The position numbers were made by a program, and so were the translations under genes. Positions 1 to 6,746 of a stretch of DNA of 64,000 bases are shown here, in pieces (positions within the stretch are counted from its first letter, which is position 1; each line of letters starts with the position of its first letter). The stretch is from an uncultured virus (IMG/VR IMGVR_UViG_3300009432_000017). Lineage: Duplodnaviria; Heunggongvirae; Uroviricota; Caudoviricetes; Schitoviridae. Location: the IMG/VR virus record IMGVR_UViG_3300009432_000017; one strand, written 5' to 3'. A model generated the notes under the pieces. It had not been told where the DNA came from. It worked only from the letters and a program-made list of their open reading frames with translations, and searched no databases.

Positions 1-96
1 ACTTGTTGTGTGGTCTTGAACAGCTTGCGCTGTCGAATTGTCACTGAACACGAATTCAGTGACATTATTTGATGTGTAGTCATCAATTACCTGCAT
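1..96 (-). CDS. Early-region hypothetical protein, partial (runs off the window start)
   Basis: ATG at 96 with GGAG RBS; open frame MQVIDDYTSNNVTEFVFSDNSTAQ... Confidence 0.55.
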   Translation of the reverse strand, partial: MQVIDDYTSNNVTEFVFSDNSTAQAVQDHTTS

Positions 97-168
97 GTTA
101 TACTCCTTTTTATCTGTCTTAGTGATGAGATTAAACACTCGAAGGTGTTTATACTAAGCTTGCCAGGC

Positions 169-396
169 TTACTTGGTACTAAATTTAGCCCAGTCGTACC
201 TAGCAAGATAGCGTGTGCAATCTTTGCCCCGGTTGCGTGGCAGTAACGCTGTTTTCTTGCAATGCTTCTGCAGGCGCTTGCATACTTTCTTTACACGCCT
301 TTCAGACACGTCGAAGCGCTCCATGATGTAGGACGCAGTGCGCCCTGATTGGAGGTATGTTTTAATTGTGCCAGTCATTTCTTGTGAGTTGTTCAT
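169..396 (-). CDS. Early small basic protein, possible HTH
   Basis: ORF track 169..426; better start at ATG 396 with AAGGA RBS; ASYIMERFDVSERRVKKVCKRL is HTH-like. Confidence 0.6.
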   Translation of the reverse strand: MNNSQEMTGTIKTYLQSGRTASYIMERFDVSERRVKKVCKRLQKHCKKTALLPRNRGKDCTRYLARYDWAKFSTK

Positions 397-434
397 AATG
401 TTTGTCCTTAAGGCACCCGTAGGCACCTTATTAG

Positions 435-611
435 TTAAGGGAGAGTGTTAAGTATTTGTGTGTCACATGAGCCACACTTAACGAATGGTGCGTAAGTATC
501 ACCATTCCAGATGAACTCATCAGGTCTATCCGCTAAGTGGTCTTCATGACAGAACTGTATTTTGTCTTGGTCGTATACTAGGCCACAACCATCGCAGCTA
601 ATTAGTTTCAT
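435..611 (-). CDS. 58-aa putative zinc-ribbon protein (not in ORF track)
   Basis: MKLISCDGCG...KCGSCDTQILNTLP*; two CxxC motifs; TAATG overlap with the upstream gene. Confidence 0.65.
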   Translation of the reverse strand: MKLISCDGCGLVYDQDKIQFCHEDHLADRPDEFIWNGDTYAPFVKCGSCDTQILNTLP

Positions 612-742
612 TAGTGAAACTCACAAGGTTCGTCTTTCCAATACCAAACACCACATACATCGCAATGAGTACTGCACTCATTACACTCTGCACATGGGTC
701 TTCTTCTTCACATACTTGCTCTGTTATCTTATTGATGACCAT
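611..742 (-). CDS. 43-aa Cys-rich protein (not in ORF track)
   Basis: MVINKITEQVCEEEDPCAECNECSTHCDVCGVWYWKDEPCEFH*; TAATG coupling at both ends. Confidence 0.6.
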   Translation of the reverse strand: MVINKITEQVCEEEDPCAECNECSTHCDVCGVWYWKDEPCEFH

Positions 743-927
743 TAGCTTAACTCCTTACACTTACTTGAAAATACATTAGTGCCATTAGCTATCTGAATAG
801 CCTCTTCTTTGGCACAATTATAAGTTTCTACAATCGTTAGTCCTCTTGCTACACCTGCACTTACTAGCACCATCTGTAGTCCTACTACCAATGCTACTGT
901 GTAAAGTATCTTAGTTCTATATCTCAT
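742..927 (-). CDS. Small membrane or exported early protein
   Basis: Start ATG 927 with GAGG RBS; basic N-terminus followed by hydrophobic ILYTVALVVGLQMVLVSAGVA. Confidence 0.65.
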   Translation of the reverse strand: MRYRTKILYTVALVVGLQMVLVSAGVARGLTIVETYNCAKEEAIQIANGTNVFSSKCKELS

Positions 928-1148
928 GGTTACTATCCTCATAGTATAAATGTAACTGGTACTAGGCTTGTGCAGCCCAGTACTCATTGTTCTCAATAGA
1001 TAGACGAGACATAGCCTCATCTACCTGTTTATCTGTCATAACACTAAAGTCTATGTAACGCGGTTTAACCCCGTGTAATGACTTGTAGACGTTGTAGTAA
1101 CATTCAATCGTTTCTTGTCTTGCAGACATGGTTACTATCCTCATAGTA
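925..1148 (-). repeat. Two identical 22-bp translation-initiation cassettes (925-946 and 1127-1148)
   Basis: CATGGTTACTATCCTCATAGTA occurs twice, each copy containing the RBS and ATG of consecutive genes. Confidence 0.9.
962..1129 (-). CDS. Small early phage protein
   Basis: Start ATG 1129 with GAGG RBS; YKSLHGVKPR motif recalled from small phage proteins. Confidence 0.7.
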   Translation of the reverse strand: MSARQETIECYYNVYKSLHGVKPRYIDFSVMTDKQVDEAMSRLSIENNEYWAAQA

Positions 1149-1258
1149 ATTGAATTGGCGGTACCTACATCTCTCATGTCTTACCCGATACGACGCTGAT
1201 GCGTTCATCGTACATGCTCAAGATGTAGTTAAAGGTGAAGGCACCTAATACCTCCATT

Positions 1259-1272
1259 ACCAGCTTGCTGGT
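1259..1272 (-). promoter_or_regulatory. Putative virion-RNAP hairpin promoter
   Basis: ACCAGC-TT-GCTGGT hairpin on the template (+) strand upstream of a minus-strand early unit; one of three copies. Confidence 0.65.
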
Positions 1273-1278
1273 TTCTTT

Positions 1279-1306
1279 AAAAAAATGAACCCATAAGGGT
1301 TCATTT
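1279..1306 (-). terminator. Intrinsic terminator after 1305..1643
   Basis: AAATGAACCC/GGGTTCATTT stem with an A-run on + (U-tract on -). Confidence 0.7.
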
Positions 1307-1643
1307 AGTTAGCCCAGTGAGCAGGACCAGTATGTGCAATACTGTTAGCGTGAGCAGACATTAAGATGTCTTGTCTCTCACGATGTTCATCACCCCATTT
1401 CATTACCTTACCTGTGGTAAGACTAATGATTATGTTTTTAGCAGTAACTAGATAACTACTACTTTCATAGTTGACATAACAACACTTGTTACTAGTAGTA
1501 GTGACCTTTTCACGTTTAACGTTAACCTTACGGTTACCACTAAGTGGGTTAATAAGCTTAACCAAGCCATTGGTATATCCTAAAGCGATATGCATTACGC
1601 CTTTGTAAGCGACATAAGAACCAAGAACTAGTGAATAAGACAT
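1305..1643 (-). CDS. Early hypothetical protein
   Basis: 112-aa ORF, GGAG RBS, bracketed by a promoter hairpin and a terminator. Confidence 0.8.
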   Translation of the reverse strand: MSYSLVLGSYVAYKGVMHIALGYTNGLVKLINPLSGNRKVNVKREKVTTTSNKCCYVNYESSSYLVTAKNIIISLTTGKVMKWGDEHRERQDILMSAHANSIAHTGPAHWAN

Positions 1644-1684
1644 AGTTGTACTCCAGTAGAGATAGCAGGATTGCTACCATAACT

Positions 1685-1698
1685 ACCAGCTTGCTGGT
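1685..1698 (-). promoter_or_regulatory. Putative virion-RNAP hairpin promoter
   Basis: ACCAGCTTGCTGGT, identical to the 1259 copy, about 40 nt upstream of ATG 1643. Confidence 0.65.
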
Positions 1699-1912
1699 TA
1701 TATCGGTAATGTATCGGTACAATGGAGATGTATGATAGTATATGGGTGATTAAGGCTATAAACATGTGATTGTTTGTATACCACTAGATAACACCATACA
1801 GAGCGATACAGGAGCTCTCAGCCCTACAGATGGATATGTAGTAATACCATCTTTCTTATAACTATCTGTCTTAAGTTGTGTGTTGTTAGTGTGCTCTTGT
1901 GTGCTCCTAAAG

Positions 1913-1935
1913 AAATAAACCCCGAAGGGTTTATT
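1913..1935 (-). terminator. Hairpin terminator with cUUCGg loop
   Basis: Minus strand reads AATAAACCC-TTCG-GGGTTTATT(TC), overlapping the stop of 1931..2137. Confidence 0.6.
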
Positions 1936-2137
1936 GTGCAGGCTCCAATGGTGGAAGCCCAAGCTCGGCACGACGCTTGGTACGTGCAGCAGAGCGTAGC
2001 TCTGTTGTCTCCGAACGGTAGTCAATGGATGCGTCAGCAGCCAAGGCTGTGATGTTGTCACCAGCAATCGCTATGTTATTAACAGTACTGAACAGGTGGC
2101 CAAGAAAGGCCCAAAACATACGGTTAAAGTTTGCCAT
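1931..2137 (-). CDS. First early gene, 68 aa
   Basis: ATG 2137 with GGAG RBS, just downstream of the 2177 hairpin. Confidence 0.7.
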   Translation of the reverse strand: MANFNRMFWAFLGHLFSTVNNIAIAGDNITALAADASIDYRSETTELRSAARTKRRAELGLPPLEPAQ

Positions 2138-2176
2138 GATAGATACTCCGGTAGTATAGGCATGATTGCCACAAGT

Positions 2177-2190
2177 CCCAGCTTGCTGGG
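2177..2190 (-). promoter_or_regulatory. Putative virion-RNAP hairpin promoter (closest to the genome end)
   Basis: CCCAGC-TT-GCTGGG; compensatory change (A-T to C-G) in the outer stem pair relative to the other copies. Confidence 0.65.
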
Positions 2191-2354
2191 GCATGTAGTT
2201 GCTTTTGCTTTGTGGGAAGCATAGGGGGGGTATGTTGCTTTTAGTTGGTAAGACTGTAGTAAATGGACTCATACCTAGATTTCATTTTTCTGTAAAAGTT
2301 TTACTAAAAAATTATTATAAAATTAGCGACTGTCCTTAACTTTATTTAGGACAT

Positions 2355-2376
2355 AAAAAAGCCCTAGTTAAAGGGC
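2355..2376 (-). terminator. Intrinsic terminator of the sponge-gene unit
   Basis: Minus strand GCCCTTTAACTAGGGC-TTTTTT. Confidence 0.7.
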
Positions 2377-2711
<335 letters not shown>

Positions 2712-2714
2712 AAG

Positions 2715-3200
2715 TTACCCTAGTAGTATCCAATCTTCAGCCAATAAGTCTGTTTGGCTTGCTAACCAAGGTACAACATTACCTTGTGCTGTTTTCATAG
2801 CGATGTAAGCACCGTAGGGTACTGACTCACCAATATGATCCTTAGCTACTTTGGTTCGAGCAGGGTAAGTGTTTTCAGGAACCAAGTAGAGGAACATACC
2901 TTTTCCGTTCCAGCCTTGCCGAGCTACTGCCATACCGTTTTGCATTAGTTGAATTGCATGGCCCATTGTTACACCTACTCTTGTGTCTTGGTATGATGCC
3001 ATAAATACGTCAGTGGGTGACCAACTAATGTAGCCTTCATGGTCTGGGTGGTTTGAGGTACCACCATCTAAGTATTCCACCAAGAATCCGCCGTCTGCGC
3101 CATTTTCGTCTGCAGGTAAAGTCCAATTACGGTAGATGTTGTAATCTAATCTACTCATTGGAATTGCGTTAATAAGTTTTGTACCAATAAATGTTTGCAT
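2715..3200 (-). CDS. Two-domain protein with C-terminal DUF2829 (Tad2-like sponge) domain
   Basis: C-terminal GHAIQLMQNGMAVARQGWNGKGMFL...PWLASQTDLLAEDW is DUF2829; N-terminal GTKLINA...GYISWSP-DVF domain; likely start ATG 3200. Confidence 0.85.
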   Translation of the reverse strand: MQTFIGTKLINAIPMSRLDYNIYRNWTLPADENGADGGFLVEYLDGGTSNHPDHEGYISWSPTDVFMASYQDTRVGVTMGHAIQLMQNGMAVARQGWNGKGMFLYLVPENTYPARTKVAKDHIGESVPYGAYIAMKTAQGNVVPWLASQTDLLAEDWILLG

Positions 3201-3227
3201 AGGTAGCCTAATAGGATTGGGGAGTAT

Positions 3228-3253
3228 AAAAAGCCCCTCGGTTAAAAGGGGGC
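3228..3253 (-). terminator. Intrinsic terminator upstream of the Tad2-like gene
   Basis: Minus strand GCCCCCTTTTAACCGAGGGGC-TTTTT. Confidence 0.65.
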
Positions 3254-3324
3254 AAAAGTTCCATGACACACTGGATATGTGGTAAAGCTCCGTTGGTAAA
3301 CTCTTAACTAAACCAACAGGAGCT

Positions 3325-3352
3325 ATTATAGGGTTGAAAGGTTAGCTGTAAA
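3325..3352 (-). promoter_or_regulatory. Sigma70-type promoter
   Basis: Minus strand TTTACA-N16-TATAAT. Confidence 0.6.
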
Positions 3353-3413
3353 GTTTATGGCTTAACTGTACTAATTCTGTATAGATTTACTTTCTATGTA
3401 ATAAGAGTGTTTT

Positions 3414-4157
3414 ATGTCTGAATTAACCATGGAGCAGCTTAAGGTTGCTTTACCCGCCCAGTTTAAGAAGAGTGTTAACCAGGATTTACTGGATAATATT
3501 AATAGTACTATTAGTGACCCTGAATCCTATGAGATATATAGGGATAACTTGCTTAGCTATACCCAGGTGTTAACTGAAGGTAAGTTTAAGATGACAAGTT
3601 ATATTGATGCCGTTAGGTATGTAAGCTTTAAGCTTATGGGGCATACTAATATTAAGAGTTACTCTTTGACCTTCCCAGATAAAATTGCACGGTTTAATAC
3701 CCAAGGTGTATCATCTAAAGATATTGCTAGTTATTCAACTGCGTATCACAAGAGTAAGTTAGTTGGTTTGCTTTTAGCACAGACGCTTACGCCATCATGG
3801 ATATTGAACCAAGACTTATATCAGGAAGCCCTTAATACTCAGGCAGAATTAATGTTGTATGCCAAAAGTGAGAAGGTTAGATCGGATGCAGCTAATAGCT
3901 TATTGGTTCAGCTTAAGCAGCCAGAAGTTAAGAAGGTTGAATTAGATATAGGTCTTAAGGAAGATAAGACTATCGAAGCACTTCGTGCTTCTACATTACA
4001 GTTAGTAGCCCAACAACGCGCAATGCTTGTTAGTGGTAGTTCTGATGCCCAGCAAATAGCGCACAGTAAATTGATTACTGATGCGTCCTACGAAGAAGTG
4101 GAACCTCTAGATGAATCCCCAGCAACAACCCCAAAACCCCCAAGTCTCTTCACCTAG
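3414..4157 (+). CDS. N4 gp69-like protein (putative terminase small subunit)
   Basis: Position upstream of TerL as in N4; AKSEKVRSDAANSLL-type conserved block. Confidence 0.7.
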   Translation: MSELTMEQLKVALPAQFKKSVNQDLLDNINSTISDPESYEIYRDNLLSYTQVLTEGKFKMTSYIDAVRYVSFKLMGHTNIKSYSLTFPDKIARFNTQGVSSKDIASYSTAYHKSKLVGLLLAQTLTPSWILNQDLYQEALNTQAELMLYAKSEKVRSDAANSLLVQLKQPEVKKVELDIGLKEDKTIEALRASTLQLVAQQRAMLVSGSSDAQQIAHSKLITDASYEEVEPLDESPATTPKPPSLFT

Positions 4158-5103
4158 AAAATACAAACAGATGCAGTCAGGTACTATGGCCCAGTGGGAG
4201 AGTCACTGGTCAGGTATAGCCGAGGACTTATTTGCAGAATACTCTGAGAAAGCTGATTGGGATGGTTATGATAAAGAGGTTAAGAATCTTAGGAGGCAAA
4301 TGCCCTCAGCATGGGCTAAGCGTTTTGATGAACGTAAGGCTACTAAAGAGCGTGAGCTGGAGGCGACTTTACACTCAGACGAGTTTATAAAACAGTATGG
4401 TAAAGATCCCTGGTCGAGAAAGGGGATTCGTAACCTAAAGGAGCTAAAGCGTACAGTGCCTTTTGGTATAGCAAATAGGGCTGCTATGCCAGGTAGTACA
4501 GTGGCACAAGTGATTACTACTAAAAACAGGCCGGACGGTCCTGATGATGCTAGGGCTTTCTTTAGTGGTAAGGCGTTTAATCAAGTAGGTAATGACTTAA
4601 AAACTAATGGCGGATTGGGCCCCATAATACGGCATGAAGCGTCTCATACTGAGTTTGATGCATTAGGTGAGGAAAGGTTGGTTCGAGCTATGGATGGACT
4701 GTACCACCCACAAAATAGTTATCAGAAGATACACGGTGATGCTGACCCAAGTGAGTGGGGCATGTACAGTCGACTAATGCAGATGGCACAAAGTGCAGGT
4801 GCAGACAGTAATGACAGTATGGCGCCGGTACCTTCTTACTTAGAGGGACGCCGGAGAATACCCGCAGATGACCCTGTACTTTCTAATTTAAGTAATGGGC
4901 AGAGACTGGAGCTACTTAACTCTGCTTCTCAGTTCGATAAAATAAACCACAATGGGTTATCACGTAGTCTTCCTGGTGATACTGCCTGGGGTGACTTCAT
5001 GCGTGGTACGGAGAGGTTGCTGGGTACTAACTCTGCCACAAAAGCTATGAAACGTTGGAGTGAGTTGCCCTACGCTGAACGTAAGCAGGTGACTAAGCCA
5101 TGA
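4111..5103 (+). CDS. Hypothetical protein with HExxH motif (start uncertain, possibly 4171)
   Basis: Long ORF coupled to TerL by ATGA; IIRHEASH followed by E residues. Confidence 0.6.
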   Translation: MNPQQQPQNPQVSSPRKYKQMQSGTMAQWESHWSGIAEDLFAEYSEKADWDGYDKEVKNLRRQMPSAWAKRFDERKATKERELEATLHSDEFIKQYGKDPWSRKGIRNLKELKRTVPFGIANRAAMPGSTVAQVITTKNRPDGPDDARAFFSGKAFNQVGNDLKTNGGLGPIIRHEASHTEFDALGEERLVRAMDGLYHPQNSYQKIHGDADPSEWGMYSRLMQMAQSAGADSNDSMAPVPSYLEGRRRIPADDPVLSNLSNGQRLELLNSASQFDKINHNGLSRSLPGDTAWGDFMRGTERLLGTNSATKAMKRWSELPYAERKQVTKP

Positions 5104-6704
5104 ATCTGAAGCAACTTCAGGACAGCCCTCCAACAGTGGAGAGTTATTTAAATAGCGTTAGCTATGCAAATGACCCAAGTTATGTTCCATCGGACTTTGC
5201 CTTAGAGTTTGTTAACTTTATTAAGTTAGTTAATGGTGAAGAGGGTGAAGAGAACTTAACGCCTATTGTCCACTATAAGATGCTGGATACCTTGACCCAT
5301 AGAGGAACTAGGGTAGCTAACTTATGTCACCGTGGGATAGCCAAGACTACGGTGATGGGTGAGTACTTGTTCCTGTACATAGCCACTTATGGTGCTATCC
5401 CTGGCTTCGGTAAAGTACCTTTAGCTATTTATGTTTCGGACTCCATTGATAATGGGGTTAAGAACATGCGTAAGAACTTGGAGTATCGATACGAGAACTC
5501 TGACTTTCTAAGGACTTATGTACCTGCTGTGAAGTTTACAGACACACGGTGGGAGTTTACTAATGCAGACGGCAATAAGTTTATTGTAAAAGGCTACGGA
5601 GCCAAGACAGGTGTTCGTGGTGCTAAAGAGATGGGTACACGTCCTGTCCTAGCAGTATTGGATGACTTGGTTTCTGATGAGGATGCGCGAAGCGCAACCG
5701 TAATCAGTGCAATAGAGGATACGGTTTATAAAGCCGTTACTTATGCCTTACACCCTAAAAAGTTTCTAATCATTTGGTCAGGTACACCATTTAATGCGAA
5801 GGATCCTCTGTACAAGGCTGTAGAGTCAGGTGCTTGGATTGTTAACGTGTTTCCAGTGTGTTCAAAGTTTCCTTGTGAACGCCATGAGTTTAGGGGTAGT
5901 TGGCCAGATAGATTTAACTACGACTACGTTAAAGACCAGTATGACAGTGCAATGAAGCTGGGTAAGGTTGATACATTTAACCAAGAGCTGATGCTGAGGA
6001 TTATGTCAGATGATGACAGGCTGATTCTTGATAATGATATCCGCTGGTACAAGTCTTCTAGTGTGTTTGAGAACATGCAGGCATTTAACTTCTACATTAC
6101 TACCGACTTTGCAACCTCTGAGAGAACCAGTGCTGATTACTCTGTAATAAGCGTATGGGCGCTTGGAAGTAATGGGGATTGGTTCTGGGTAGACGGTGTG
6201 TGCCGTAGGCAGCTTATGGATAGAAATATCGATGACTTGTTTAGGATGGCTCAGTTGTATCGACCACAGCAGGTAGGGATTGAAGTGAGTGGGCAACAGG
6301 GAGGATTCATTCAATGGATCCAAGACCAAATGATAACTCGCAATATCTATTTTCCCCTGGCTTCAGAGAACAACAACGGTAAGCCTGGTGTTAGACCCAA
6401 CACACAGAAGATGGTTAGGTTTAATACAGTGGTGCCGATGTTTAAAGCTGGGAAGATACACCTACCTATCGAGCGTAAAGAAGGGCCAGAGATGCGGGAG
6501 GCAGTAGAAGAACTTAGCCTAGCTGCACCGAATGGCTTTAGGTCTAAACATGACGACTGGATAGACACTGTTTCTATGCTGAGCGTACTACACACATGGC
6601 GGCCATCTGAATTAACAACATTCACCCGAAGTAGTGAAAATGATATTTGGGAGTATGAAGTTGAGGATACAGAGAGTAGCACCCGTAGTTCCTACATTGT
6701 TTAG
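5100..6704 (+). CDS. terL: Terminase large subunit (N4 gp68-like)
   Basis: HRGIAKTT Walker A variant, LAVLDD Walker B, GTPF motif, nuclease TTDFA...DYS...HDD. Confidence 0.95.
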   Translation: MNLKQLQDSPPTVESYLNSVSYANDPSYVPSDFALEFVNFIKLVNGEEGEENLTPIVHYKMLDTLTHRGTRVANLCHRGIAKTTVMGEYLFLYIATYGAIPGFGKVPLAIYVSDSIDNGVKNMRKNLEYRYENSDFLRTYVPAVKFTDTRWEFTNADGNKFIVKGYGAKTGVRGAKEMGTRPVLAVLDDLVSDEDARSATVISAIEDTVYKAVTYALHPKKFLIIWSGTPFNAKDPLYKAVESGAWIVNVFPVCSKFPCERHEFRGSWPDRFNYDYVKDQYDSAMKLGKVDTFNQELMLRIMSDDDRLILDNDIRWYKSSSVFENMQAFNFYITTDFATSERTSADYSVISVWALGSNGDWFWVDGVCRRQLMDRNIDDLFRMAQLYRPQQVGIEVSGQQGGFIQWIQDQMITRNIYFPLASENNNGKPGVRPNTQKMVRFNTVVPMFKAGKIHLPIERKEGPEMREAVEELSLAAPNGFRSKHDDWIDTVSMLSVLHTWRPSELTTFTRSSENDIWEYEVEDTESSTRSSYIV

Positions 6705-6746
6705 TCCAGACACAGTAAAATACCGAAAAAAGCAGGGCAACAATTA

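Noticed and set aside
20..170. AGCTTGC-containing sequences at about 22 and 157 as further early promoters
   Set aside because: They lack the full CCAGC/GCTGG stem, and the first lies inside a coding region.
1756..2067. 103-aa minus-strand ORF
   Set aside because: It overlaps the better-supported 1931..2137 gene in another frame and runs through its terminator; no RBS.
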